Source of the DNA: a virus
DNA length: 64,000 bases
IMG/VR virus record: IMGVR_UViG_3300018933_000001
Coordinates: 64,001-128,000 of that record
Strand: one strand, 5' to 3'
Positions 9,527-19,255 of this stretch are shown here, in pieces; position 1 is the first letter of the stretch, and the number at the start of each line of letters is the position of its first letter. Under the pieces are notes generated by a model, which saw nothing but the letters and a program-made list of their open reading frames with translations, had not been told where the DNA came from and made no database searches. The position numbers and the translations under genes are program-made.

Positions 9527-11695
9527 ATGAAAACACTACAGCTCAAGTGGAGTGATATATTAGCTCCTGAAGTAGAACTTAATCCTAACATCATAGTAGA
9601 AGGTAAAGTAGGAAAGGAAATATGGGATAACTGGGTAGAAGTATTCTCTAAAGCTAAGATGTTCTCTCTTGACCTTGAGACTCATGGGGATGAAGAATAT
9701 TCTGCTCTATATTTCAGATTTGGGTTGATAAGACTAATATCAGTTGGGATAAAGGTAGATGGTAACTATTATGCTCTTATTTATGACTTAGGAGGAAATT
9801 TAGATGATATAGATGAGAGAAAGAAAGAGTTCCTTAATAGTAGGTTTTATCAGGTACTTAAAGAGAGATGTGAGAACCTAAAAGTACCAGTAGTAGGAGT
9901 TAACCTAAAGTTTGATGGTAACTTTCTACTTTATCATTTAGGTATTAAGATTCTTACTTGCCGAGATTTAATGCTATGTTCTCAAGTTATCTGGGCAGGT
10001 ATCGAAGTAATATCTACTAAAGAGAAAACTGATAGTGGAAGTAGTAGAGTTAAAGATAGAAAAGATAGGTGTCTCCTAGGTCATTCACTTAAAGGGATAA
10101 CAGAAAGAATCAATATACTTTACAACACTTCTTTTACTATTGATAAGACAGAGCAGAAAGAAGATTGGGGTTGGAGAATATCAAATGCTAAACTTAACTA
10201 CTCAGGAAATGACAGTATCTTACCTCTTCAACTATTTCCTTATATCCAGCAGTTAGTAGTAGAAAATGGACTTTACTATTCGGTAATGGCGGAGTGTCTC
10301 GCTTTACCTGCATTTATAGAGATGGAAGTATTTGGTTTTCCTATTGATAAAGAGTTGTTAGAGAAGAATCTTAGTATTTATAGAGCTAAATTTGATGAAT
10401 ATAACACTCTAGTATCTACTACATTTCCTGGGGTTAACTGGTCGCAAACAGAACAACTAAGACAAGCTTTTAATACGAAATGGGAAGACTTAAAGTTATT
10501 GTCGATGAATGATGAAGCTTTAAAGTCAGTAGAACATCCAGAAGCACAAGCATTACTCAAAATGCGTACTTTAAACGTACTCATTAATTACATGGAAGGT
10601 ATTAACAACACAGCTTGGAAAAATGAAGGAGAAGATTTCTACTCTGTTAGAACTATCTACAATCAGATATCTGCTAGTGGAAGTGGTAGAAGTTCCTGTA
10701 CTGGTGCATTAAGTTATAAAAGCAGTAAAGGTAGTAGAAAGAAGATTGATGTAGGAACTCAGTTACAAAATCCAGCTAAGACTCCTGCTTGGTTTACTGA
10801 TGAAGGTTTACCCGAGTTTAGGACGTTCTTTGCAGCTCCAGAAAGTTACTCATTAGGAATTATTGACTTATCTGCCAGTCACTACCGAATATGTACTGAA
10901 CTAAGTCAAGACCCTGTTCTATTAGATATTTACTTAAATGATAGAGATGCTCATTTAATTATGGCTCATACCATTGTCAAATTAGATGGTGCAGATGTAA
11001 CTTTTGATGAGTTTCAGAAATTATATAAAAAAGAGAAAGAAGCTAAAACAGAAGGTTGGGTTTCTGATAATAGAAAGAAAGGTAAAATAACCAATTATAG
11101 TGGACTCAATCAGGCAGGTGCATTTAAGTTACAGCAGACATTTAAAGGTTGGGGAGTAATAATATCTCTGGAAGAAGCTAAGAAACTTAAGAAGGCTTAT
11201 AAAGAAACATATAAGAGATTAGACCAGTTTATCCAGAATTATATAAAAGAATCTAATAGTTATAATATCGAGTTTCCTTTTTATAACCTTTACGGACAAC
11301 CAACTACTGGACATTACGGTAAATGCAAAACTTTTACTAACCGAACTGTTCATTTAAAGAAACAAGAGAAGCACAGTGAATGGGGAACTAAATATGAGAT
11401 TCCTTATACTGAATCTATTTCTTTAATTTGGCTTTGTGGAGAAGCTGATATTATCAAGTTCTCGCAGGGAATAGCCGTTATCCAATTCTTTTTACATCCG
11501 GAATGGAAAGCAAGATTTATCAATAATTGTCATGATGAGTTGGATTGGATGAATAAATGTGAGTTTTCTTTTGAAGCTAATAGTGTGGTGATGAGTAGCG
11601 TCCACGAACAAATGGGTACTTGGATTAAGTCTATTCCCGTAGATACTGATTTTGATCCAAATAAACTAACCGTTCAAAACTGGAATGAGAAATAA
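9527..11695 (+). CDS. polA: family A DNA polymerase with 3'-5' exonuclease
   Basis: Exo I DLET, Exo II NLKFD, Exo III YSGND; QLQNP, motif A DLSASHYR, motif B RKKGKITNY, motif C HDEL. Confidence 0.92.
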   Translation: MKTLQLKWSDILAPEVELNPNIIVEGKVGKEIWDNWVEVFSKAKMFSLDLETHGDEEYSALYFRFGLIRLISVGIKVDGNYYALIYDLGGNLDDIDERKKEFLNSRFYQVLKERCENLKVPVVGVNLKFDGNFLLYHLGIKILTCRDLMLCSQVIWAGIEVISTKEKTDSGSSRVKDRKDRCLLGHSLKGITERINILYNTSFTIDKTEQKEDWGWRISNAKLNYSGNDSILPLQLFPYIQQLVVENGLYYSVMAECLALPAFIEMEVFGFPIDKELLEKNLSIYRAKFDEYNTLVSTTFPGVNWSQTEQLRQAFNTKWEDLKLLSMNDEALKSVEHPEAQALLKMRTLNVLINYMEGINNTAWKNEGEDFYSVRTIYNQISASGSGRSSCTGALSYKSSKGSRKKIDVGTQLQNPAKTPAWFTDEGLPEFRTFFAAPESYSLGIIDLSASHYRICTELSQDPVLLDIYLNDRDAHLIMAHTIVKLDGADVTFDEFQKLYKKEKEAKTEGWVSDNRKKGKITNYSGLNQAGAFKLQQTFKGWGVIISLEEAKKLKKAYKETYKRLDQFIQNYIKESNSYNIEFPFYNLYGQPTTGHYGKCKTFTNRTVHLKKQEKHSEWGTKYEIPYTESISLIWLCGEADIIKFSQGIAVIQFFLHPEWKARFINNCHDELDWMNKCEFSFEANSVVMSSVHEQMGTWIKSIPVDTDFDPNKLTVQNWNEK

Positions 11696-12054
11696 TGAAA
11701 AATCTAACTGAGTTTCTACAAAATGAAGGATTTTATAATATGACATTTGAAGAGAAAGAGGAAATAATGAGTAATCCAAGAGTTTGGGTAGATTTTCATA
11801 ATGCCGACCAGTACGGAAATGTGAGACTTAATTGTGCAGGAACACAAAAAGATTTACAAGAACAAGAGATAGAATTAAGCGAGGGACTTCAACTAATTCT
11901 TTATGATGAGGAATTAGAAGTTGAAGGAATAGTAGTCTACTCAGAAATTGAAAATGATTGGGTTGCTCAAATAGATTGGTCGCTCTTAATATATAAGAGT
12001 CTTGGAAAAGAAAAGAGTTTGTTTGAAAGAATTAAGGATAGGTTAAAAGGATGA
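11695..12054 (+). CDS. conserved hypothetical protein
   Basis: VDFHNAD..G.VRLNC.GT..DL motif. Confidence 0.7.
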   Translation: MKNLTEFLQNEGFYNMTFEEKEEIMSNPRVWVDFHNADQYGNVRLNCAGTQKDLQEQEIELSEGLQLILYDEELEVEGIVVYSEIENDWVAQIDWSLLIYKSLGKEKSLFERIKDRLKG

Positions 12055-12332
12055 TTTATAAGAATTATTCAATCTGGATTCAAAGAAACACATATAAAAA
12101 AGACCCAGATGAAGGAGATTGGGAAGGATTTATTAATCAAAACTTTTATCACTTAAACGACGATAATTTGTTTAATAGCTGGGCTTTGTGTATTAGTGAT
12201 AATTCTCCTAACAGTGTTTATGAGTTAGCAAAGATGGAAATTGAATTGCAGGAGATGAAAGTGTTAAAGAAAAGAATGACTAGAAGTGTTGCTAAAATTC
12301 TAAAGTTAGATTATCTCACAAGCTCGATTTAG
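12051..12332 (+). CDS. hypothetical protein (possible distant HicB-like domain)
   Basis: IYKNYSIWI...WEGFI. Confidence 0.55.
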   Translation: MIYKNYSIWIQRNTYKKDPDEGDWEGFINQNFYHLNDDNLFNSWALCISDNSPNSVYELAKMEIELQEMKVLKKRMTRSVAKILKLDYLTSSI

Positions 12333-12449
12333 GGAGAAATAATCGTCATAAACAAATCTAATAGAAGAACTTGGAGAATAATGAATGACTTATCAGTCTG
12401 TATTTACTAATTTATCAGCGTTAGAATATCAAAATCACTTAAGAGATGA

Positions 12450-12683
12450 ATGATGGGTAGTGCGACAACTGCTTTCTTTTCTGGTCAGTATGAGGGAATT
12501 TGGTTAGTTCTAGAAGCTTTATACGAGTGGGAGAACAATCAATTTGAAGCACCTTATGAACCAAAGATGAGTAGAGAATACGCAAAAGAAAAATTAATAC
12601 AGCTAGGTTTGACTGATTTTACAGACGGAATTTTAGTCGAGGCACGAGACCTCGCCATCGAGAAACACTTACTTACCAATTAA
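12450..12683 (+). CDS. hypothetical protein (N-terminus probably extends to ATG ~12385 across a 1-nt indel)
   Basis: Upstream MTYQSVFTNLSALEYQNHLRDE frame abuts this ORF. Confidence 0.55.
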   Translation: MMGSATTAFFSGQYEGIWLVLEALYEWENNQFEAPYEPKMSREYAKEKLIQLGLTDFTDGILVEARDLAIEKHLLTN

Positions 12684-12700
12684 AGAAGAGAAATAGAAAT

Positions 12701-13999
12701 ATGATTAAATTGACTCAACATATTGGTTTTGATGCTGCTACTGCCCTTTCCGTAATGTTTAGGACTTATTGCCGGACAAACGTTGTAGATGATGAAACAG
12801 GTGAGTTAGAACGAGAGTCCCCTCAACAAGCACTAGATAGGTCTATAAATGGATTAGATGTTTTTAATCTCTTAACTAAAGAACAATTAGAATTAATAAG
12901 GCAATACTGTTATAGAAATATAGTGTTTCCATCAGGTAGATGGTTATGGATTGGGGGAACTGATTGGATTGAGAAACAGAAGAATTACATTGGTGCTTAT
13001 AACTGTGCATCTGTACCAGTAGTAGATTGGGAGGCTTTTAGGTTTAATTTCCGCGCTCTATTAATGGGATGTGGAGTAGGAACGGTAGTTGAGTTAGATA
13101 AGATTTCTCAATTACCTAGTATTAAATATCCAATTAATTTAGTAGAAGTTACAGAGTTAGGTAGTAATTGGGTAGAAGGAAACCCAGAAAATGATAATAG
13201 CTGTTTTACTGCTTATAGGATAGACAAAGATACTTTAGGAATTATTTATACAGTAGGAGATAGTAAAGAAGGTTGGGTAGATGTAGCCACAGATATATTA
13301 GTATTTAGTTCTACTAATTTAAGTAATAGCGGGATTTGGGGAAATTTTCATTTACCTGAAAATTTTGATTATAAACAGATTAATTTAAGTATTGACCTCT
13401 CTTATGTAAGACCTAAAGGCAAGCAACTAAAAGGATTTGGTGGACTTTCTAATCCAGAAAAATTAGAAGAAGGTTTAAGAGCTGTAATAACTATTCTCAA
13501 TAAAGCAGTCGGGAAGCAGTTAAATAGTTTAGAAGTATGCAAGATACTAGGAATTGCTGGTGTTATAACAGTTAGTGGAAATGTGCGTAGAAGTGCAAGA
13601 ATAAATCAAGGCAGTCCAGAAGATGACCTTTTTACCACTTCTAAAGATAATCTTTGGGTGGAAATTGATGGGGATTGGGTAATAGACCCTGAACGAGATA
13701 TGCTTCGTATGAGCAACCACTCGAACGTTTATCACACTAAACCTACACTTGAAACTTTAGTAGCAGCAATTAGAAAGCAGTTTTATTCTGGTGAAGGTGC
13801 TATTCAATATGCTCCTGAAGCAGTTAGTAGAGCTAATGTAGACTTACTAGATACAGAAAATAAGAGGAAAAAATTCTTAAATCTTTATTGTGAAGATAGA
13901 AATTTAGCTAAAGATTACCTTCAGGAACTATCTAAGAATACCTTAGATGAGCGTGAATTAGAACATAGAATGAACCGACTAGGATTAAATCCTTGTGGT
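12701..13999 (+). CDS. nrdJ: class II (AdoCbl-dependent) ribonucleotide reductase, exon 1
   Basis: FRTYCR, PSGRWLW.GG, YNC, GCGVG, GNVRRSA, ends at catalytic NPCG. Confidence 0.93.
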
Positions 14000-15154
14000 A
14001 GATAATTTTGCCTCAAGTAAAAAACCTTGCAAAAACGGGGAAAGCTGAGATGTTAATCCCGTGGTAATCAAAAGGGGTAATATGCTTTTGACACCGTACA
14101 GCGTAGGAAGTGAAACTAGGTTACAATAAAAAGAGTAATCGAGAATATAATCTTCCCAAGAGTGCAAGGGTACATAAATGACAAGTGCTTATTACGGATA
14201 CTCCGGTTTTTATAAAGAATCTTATCTAAGGTCGTGTCTTGAATATATTTACGCTAGATATCTAGACTACATGGAAATTAGTTGGGGTGTACGAACCTAA
14301 AACATTTACTCTTACTAATGGTGAACGATATAAACCTGACTTTTTATTAGAGACAGGGGAGTATACAGAAATTAAAGGCTCTTTCAACTATAAAAAGTGT
14401 CTGCCTAAAGTTAAGTGTTTTGAATCTGATTTTCAAGTAAAGGTAAATATAATTCAGGAACCAGACTTAAGAGTTCTTATTAGAAACACTCCATTAGTAT
14501 TTGAGCATCTAAAGAATGAGTGGAAAAAGGTAGCTAAAGTTAGAGGTATGAATATCTCTGGTACTAAAAATCCAATGTACGGAATCGTACAAACAGATAG
14601 TACCAAAGCTAAAATCTCAGCTAGAGCGAAAGAAAGGTTTAACGACCCGGTTTACAGAGAAAAGTGGAAAAATAGTCCTAAGCGAAAAGCATACCACGTT
14701 AATCGCACAGGTATTAAAACGGGAGAAGTAGTCCCTAGATATACCTTACAATGTGAGTTTTGTAGTTCTGGTTTCCTAGTTATCCAAGGTGCAGCTAAGA
14801 TAAGACGTTTCTGTTCAAAGAGATGTGCTATTCAAACTAATCGTGGTAAAACTATAACTACAGACTTAAAAATACGTGAATTAGCCCACAACTTCGCTTT
14901 AAATAATTCGGATAAACTTTTCACTACTAAATTAAACAAGTTAAAACCACTCTTTCAACCACTTTATGATGAAGTGTTAGCAGCTCACAATATTATGGAT
15001 ACTAGAACTATTGCTCTGATAACAATGGGAAAATCAGCTAGTAGAAAAGAGTTTCTGTACTATTTACGAGATTATGTACAAAAGGTACGCGGAACTATAG
15101 AGAATTCAGAATCTATAGAACTAGAGGATAAAAAGCCTTTAGGATAACAAAATG
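14000..15154 (+). ncRNA. self-splicing group I intron in nrdJ
   Basis: 5' exon ends in U pairing with G of IGS (ttgtggt/gcctcaa, P1); AACGGGGAA and AATCCCGTG (P4), CAGCGTA/TACGC (P7), P9 hairpins, terminal G; splicing restores NPCG|EII. Confidence 0.92.
14178..15147 (+). CDS. intron-encoded homing endonuclease (PD-(D/E)xK + NUMOD3-like + Zn ribbon), +1 frameshift at 14284-14287
   Basis: YLRSCLEYIYARYLD..ISW in one frame continues as VYEPKTF..YKPDF..EIKG; KNPMYG; CEFC..FCSKRC. Confidence 0.8.
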
Positions 15155-16231
15155 GAAATTATAGGCACTAACTTTCAATGTAACTTGGCAGATGTCCATG
15201 CTAATCTACTAGACCCCCTTGATTTTAAGCAGCAAGAAGAAGCATTTACAGCATCTACTTTAGCAGCTCTGCCTCTTTTAAAACATGAATTTGATATAGA
15301 ACAGTTTAAATATTCTAGGGATACTGACCCTATTATAGGTATTTGCATTACTGGACTCTTTGACTTTTTTGTACATCTGTTTGGTGAAGATTGGTTACTT
15401 TGGTGGAAAGAAGGTAGGAGTAAAACATACAAAAATGCTGACTATTTTCTATCTATTGAAAAAGCTTATTTAGAGCGATGGAGAAATATAGTTAAAGAAA
15501 CTGTTACTGAATTCTGCCAAAAACACAATATCAAAGTTCCTAACAGATATACAGCTATTGCTCCTTCAGGTACAAAGTCTCTTCTTACTGGCGCATCCCC
15601 GGGCTGGCATCCTCCGAAAGATACTCGATTCATCAGACGTGTTACATTCGCTAAAGATAATCCAGTAGCTCTAGCTTGTGTTGATTATGGTTATACTGTA
15701 GTTCCTTCTCAGTCATGTAAAGACGAATTTGGCAGCCTACTAAAGGATATTAATGACCCGAGAGTTACAGAGGTTTTAGTAGCAATTCCTGTTGAAGTTT
15801 CTTGGGTTAGTTTGGCGGATAAGGTAAACTTCCGTACTAAAGATATTTCTGCTTTAGCTCAACTAGATTTCTATATGCAGGTTCAAACCCACTGGACTGG
15901 ACATAACACTTCAGGTACTTTCGAGCTTTTTGAAAGAGAGATTGAGCCATTAGCAGAAGCTCTTCATAAAATTATTCAAAATGATGAAGGCTATGTAAGT
16001 GTAGCTATGATGCCTAAAGAAGAGGAAGGTGTAAATACTCATCCTCTTCTACCCTTTGAACCTATCAGTAAAGAACGCTATATCCAAGAATGTCAAGATG
16101 TCTTATCTCGAAGAACTAATGACAACTTCTTAGAGTTAGTAAATTTTCATACTACTATGATGGAGTTTACTTCTGAAGCTGGTTCTGCTGGATGTGACTC
16201 AGATAAATGTTTAATGCCGGAGAAAGGATGA
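15155..16231 (+). CDS. nrdJ: class II ribonucleotide reductase, exon 2
   Basis: EIIGTNFQCNL, TAIAPSGTKSLL, HNTSGT, GCDSDKC. Confidence 0.93.
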   Translation, partial: EIIGTNFQCNLADVHANLLDPLDFKQQEEAFTASTLAALPLLKHEFDIEQFKYSRDTDPIIGICITGLFDFFVHLFGEDWLLWWKEGRSKTYKNADYFLSIEKAYLERWRNIVKETVTEFCQKHNIKVPNRYTAIAPSGTKSLLTGASPGWHPPKDTRFIRRVTFAKDNPVALACVDYGYTVVPSQSCKDEFGSLLKDINDPRVTEVLVAIPVEVSWVSLADKVNFRTKDISALAQLDFYMQVQTHWTGHNTSGTFELFEREIEPLAEALHKIIQNDEGYVSVAMMPKEEEGVNTHPLLPFEPISKERYIQECQDVLSRRTNDNFLELVNFHTTMMEFTSEAGSAGCDSDKCLMPEKG

Positions 16232-16380
16232 TGGAAATACTATTTTGGACAACTATTATTATCTCTACTGTCTGTGATTATATAATCTGGGGCTATTTAC
16301 ATCCTTGGATTTTTGTAATTATAACTTGTGTAATCTGGACAGCTTGGTACTTTATCTACTATATGGATATTGATGACTAA
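16231..16380 (+). CDS. small membrane peptide (49 aa)
   Basis: MEILFWTTIIISTVCDYIIWGYLHPWIFVIITCVIWTAWYFIYYMDIDD; start overlaps nrdJ stop. Confidence 0.6.
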   Translation: MEILFWTTIIISTVCDYIIWGYLHPWIFVIITCVIWTAWYFIYYMDIDD

Positions 16381-16473
16381 GCTTCATTTAGATTAGGAAA
16401 ACTTATCAAGAGGGGTTATTAGATTGCTCTCAGCAAAAGCTTCCGAGCTTATTAGCTCCTCTTATATTTAATT

Positions 16474-16689
16474 ATGATTAGTAATGAATATGCGTTTTGG
16501 AAATGGTTTAAGAAAAATAAAAGTAGTTCTTTTAAACTGGAGCAGTTCGAGGAAGGCTATATTTGGTCTTCTTTAAATAGTAAAGGTGAATGGGAGGGGT
16601 CTGATATGTGGTTTGATACTCCTTACGATGCAATGATAGACTTCTTTTCTAACTTAATTTGTTGTGAAGTAGTTGAGAAGAACTCATGA
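16474..16689 (+). CDS. hypothetical protein
   Basis: ORF track. Confidence 0.6.
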   Translation: MISNEYAFWKWFKKNKSSSFKLEQFEEGYIWSSLNSKGEWEGSDMWFDTPYDAMIDFFSNLICCEVVEKNS

Positions 16690-16841
16690 AAAATAATTGG
16701 TACATTTCTATCCCAGGATTGTTAACAGGTTCCGTAATGTCTGTTTTACTAATAATACTTCCTTTTGAAATTGCAATATCTATTATCTTCTCATTTTTTG
16801 TTGGATTAGTTGTGGGTCATTATTTATTAAATCAGAACTAA
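16686..16841 (+). CDS. small 2-TM peptide (51 aa)
   Basis: MKNNWYISIPGLLTGSVMSVLLIILPFEIAISIIFSFFVGLVVGHYLLNQN; ATGA coupling. Confidence 0.6.
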   Translation: MKNNWYISIPGLLTGSVMSVLLIILPFEIAISIIFSFFVGLVVGHYLLNQN

Positions 16842-16845
16842 ATAT

Positions 16846-16995
16846 ATGTCATTACTAAAAGTTACGATTCATTTATTTTTAGTTGCGTTAATATTAACGG
16901 TTGTTATAGGAACATTCTCACCTATTCTTGCGGTAGCTTTTATAGTCTCTTACGTTATCGGTTTCAGTGTTGGGTTTATACTTGATAAGAACTAA
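16846..16995 (+). CDS. small 2-TM peptide (49 aa)
   Basis: MSLLKVTIHLFLVALILTVVIGTFSPILAVAFIVSYVIGFSVGFILDKN. Confidence 0.6.
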   Translation: MSLLKVTIHLFLVALILTVVIGTFSPILAVAFIVSYVIGFSVGFILDKN

Positions 16996-16999
16996 AATT

Positions 17000-17083
17000 A
17001 TGGATTTCTTTGTTTGGGTTGGATTTTTCTTCTTTTTAGTATTTGGAATCTTGATGCTGATAGAGTTTATAGAAGGTAGCTGA
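17000..17083 (+). CDS. single-TM micropeptide (27 aa)
   Basis: MDFFVWVGFFFFLVFGILMLIEFIEGS. Confidence 0.5.
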   Translation: MDFFVWVGFFFFLVFGILMLIEFIEGS

Positions 17084-17160
17084 TTCCATATCAGCTATTG
17101 TAGTCCCTTTCATGCTTTGTCTAATTTATGCTGTTCTAGTGACAATTTTACTTAGATTCT

Positions 17161-17247
17161 ATGATTAAAGTTTACTTATTACTAGGACTTATCTGTTTTG
17201 TGTATATCATAAGTTTTGCTTATTTGTTGTTTTTATTAATTGTATGA
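17161..17247 (+). CDS. single-TM micropeptide (28 aa)
   Basis: MIKVYLLLGLICFVYIISFAYLLFLLIV. Confidence 0.5.
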   Translation: MIKVYLLLGLICFVYIISFAYLLFLLIV

Positions 17248-17348
17248 ATGCAATAGATTTACTTACCTTAGGATTTACAGCTACTATCTATGCTGTGGCT
17301 TTAGGATTCCTGATTTCTTTATTGGTGAGTAAAGATGACTTATTTTGA
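17244..17348 (+). CDS. single-TM micropeptide (34 aa)
   Basis: MNAIDLLTLGFTATIYAVALGFLISLLVSKDDLF; ATGA coupling; similar to N-terminus of next ORF. Confidence 0.55.
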   Translation: MNAIDLLTLGFTATIYAVALGFLISLLVSKDDLF

Positions 17349-17523
17349 ATTAATAATCGTAGGAATTTTAGCAACAGCCATCTACTCCCTTCTTTTTGCT
17401 TTTACTTTAGATTGGATAGCTAAAACAGACTATAATATTTCACCTTTCCTAATAGCTGGATTTTTTGGAATAGTTATCTCTGTGATTTTAGTTTCTCTCA
17501 AAGTTCTCTTAGTGGTAATTTAG
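17335..17523 (+). CDS. small 2-TM membrane protein
   Basis: ORF track; two hydrophobic segments. Confidence 0.6.
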   Translation: MTYFELIIVGILATAIYSLLFAFTLDWIAKTDYNISPFLIAGFFGIVISVILVSLKVLLVVI

Positions 17524-17580
17524 ATAAAACAACCAATCTATTTCGGTAATATAGTTTTTCAAGCTAGAACTCAGCATTGT

Positions 17581-17772
17581 ATGAGTATTGGTGATTTAAT
17601 TAAAGTATTAAGAGAGACTCATGGGATAACTTTAACTCCTCAAGATGTAATCAAAACGGAAGCAAATAGAGGAAACTACTGTTGGTTAATTCCTACTTTG
17701 GCTCAAGTCTACAACTGTGACCAAGATTGGCTTCATACTTTACATGAACAGACTCCAAGAAACTATGGATAA
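17581..17772 (+). CDS. small HTH-like protein
   Basis: IGDLIKVLRE..G.T...V...E pattern resembling XRE HTH. Confidence 0.45.
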   Translation: MSIGDLIKVLRETHGITLTPQDVIKTEANRGNYCWLIPTLAQVYNCDQDWLHTLHEQTPRNYG

Positions 17773-18079
17773 GATAGTTGTATTTTCTTACAAGCGAGAC
17801 AGTTTACCTCACTCAGAATATCAAGTAAGGAAACAGTTAAAAAAGTTCTTAGTAGATGATAGTAGTTCTTTTATAATTACTACTTCTACTGCTTCTATAT
17901 TAGATATTGTGAGAGTTTTCTGTTTAAAAAATAAGTTTAAATTAGTAGCTCTTTACGAAGAAGAAAAAATACCTTTTGATAGAAAAATGAGATTGAATGA
18001 TTGGAGCAAATATCCAGATTTTACAGCTTCAGAGGATGACCTAGAAGAACTAATAGATATAGGATTATCAGAACCATGA
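17717..18079 (+). CDS. hypothetical protein (start probably ATG 17765)
   Basis: ORF track. Confidence 0.55.
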   Translation: MTKIGFILYMNRLQETMDKIVVFSYKRDSLPHSEYQVRKQLKKFLVDDSSSFIITTSTASILDIVRVFCLKNKFKLVALYEEEKIPFDRKMRLNDWSKYPDFTASEDDLEELIDIGLSEP

Positions 18080-18159
18080 CAGAAACACTAATAACAGTTG
18101 TAGCTTCTGTAGTTCTATTACTTTTGTTCATTATCTTTGTATTGGAGTTGAGTAGATGA
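18076..18159 (+). CDS. single-TM micropeptide (27 aa)
   Basis: MTETLITVVASVVLLLLFIIFVLELSR; ATGA-coupled at both ends. Confidence 0.6.
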   Translation: MTETLITVVASVVLLLLFIIFVLELSR

Positions 18160-18506
18160 ACAATTATATTTTCAACGAAAAAAAGTTGTACTGGGAAATA
18201 AAAGCAACTAAAGAAAAGTACAAAGAAATTTACTGGGTATTACATAAGGTAGAATATAATCCAGCAACTACACAGCTAGAAATAACCTTAGTAAATCAAA
18301 ATAATAGTAAAGGTGAAGTAGAAATATACTATTTGGATGTGGCAAGTATTAAGTGCTTGAGAGGTAAAACAGAAGAAGAAATAGTAAAAGTTAGTTTATT
18401 AGGAGAGAGAGATATCCAGTGGAAAGAATTAGATATTAAGCTAGGACTTGAAAAACTATTAATGTCTGTTCAACTTTTAGAAGAGTGGGTAAAAAGTCTA
18501 AAATGA
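18156..18506 (+). CDS. hypothetical protein
   Basis: ORF track. Confidence 0.6.
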   Translation: MNNYIFNEKKLYWEIKATKEKYKEIYWVLHKVEYNPATTQLEITLVNQNNSKGEVEIYYLDVASIKCLRGKTEEEIVKVSLLGERDIQWKELDIKLGLEKLLMSVQLLEEWVKSLK

Positions 18507-19255
18507 TTAATTTAGCTCAATATTTCTATAAACTACCTTTTTTAAGAGGTAAAAGCGTTCACAATCCAACTACTCTAACATTATCTACTAAGATACCTAG
18601 GATTAAATCTGGTACTCGACATTACAGTAGAGGAGATGATGGAACTAGCGAGTTTATCAAAGGTATTCGATTACCTAAACATTCTCCTGCTCACTTAGTT
18701 TACTCAGCTTTAGAGTTTAGTAAATGGTGTTGTAGTAAGATTTTACTGAATAATACTAAATTCCCGTTCCTAGAAGAATTTGAGGTTTATCAATTACAGT
18801 GGTTTATTGAGAATCTACATTCATTAGGAGCATTTTGTTTTAACTGGGGAAGTGACGACTCTATTCACCACATCTTTCCTATTGAGGTGTTAGATACTAT
18901 TGAAAAACGAATTGAATATCTGCAAACTACAGAAGTCAATGGGAAAACTTTAGGAGATTGTCAAGATTTTCTTTCTTTTACAGATGGAAAGTTACTGAGT
19001 TTAGATTTAGCCAGACTAGCTTTTCGGATTCTAGAAACTACTTATACTCTTTGGCATTTCACTCTTTATGGGTTAAAGAAGATGGAAGGAGCAAGATTAG
19101 ATACATCTGCTCTTATTAACAGAACTAGCACTTATCTATTTTGGGTTAGTAGATATTCTACCCTTAAGCTCAATTTAGATGAGAACATTTGGGAGTCTAA
19201 AGTAGGTAATTATAATCCGCCTGAGTTTAAACTTAAGGAGAAAGATAATGAGTAA
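18485..19255 (+). CDS. PduO-type ATP:cob(I)alamin adenosyltransferase-like protein (start probably 18503)
   Basis: SRGDDGTS...G.RLPK (cf. TGDxGTT..G.RVxK), ARLAFRILE (cf. ARxxxRRAER), INRTSTYLF..SRY (cf. LNRLSDxLF). Confidence 0.7.
   Translation: MGKKSKMINLAQYFYKLPFLRGKSVHNPTTLTLSTKIPRIKSGTRHYSRGDDGTSEFIKGIRLPKHSPAHLVYSALEFSKWCCSKILLNNTKFPFLEEFEVYQLQWFIENLHSLGAFCFNWGSDDSIHHIFPIEVLDTIEKRIEYLQTTEVNGKTLGDCQDFLSFTDGKLLSLDLARLAFRILETTYTLWHFTLYGLKKMEGARLDTSALINRTSTYLFWVSRYSTLKLNLDENIWESKVGNYNPPEFKLKEKDNE

Noticed and set aside
15152-16231. Separate gene starting MEIIG (split nrdJ)
   Set aside because: The ATG's G is the intron terminal G; splicing gives a continuous NPCGEII active site.
16231-18159. 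Photosystem genes (psb, hli, pet) among the micropeptides
   Set aside because: No recognisable motif such as the HLIP ExxNGRxAM; only general hydrophobicity.
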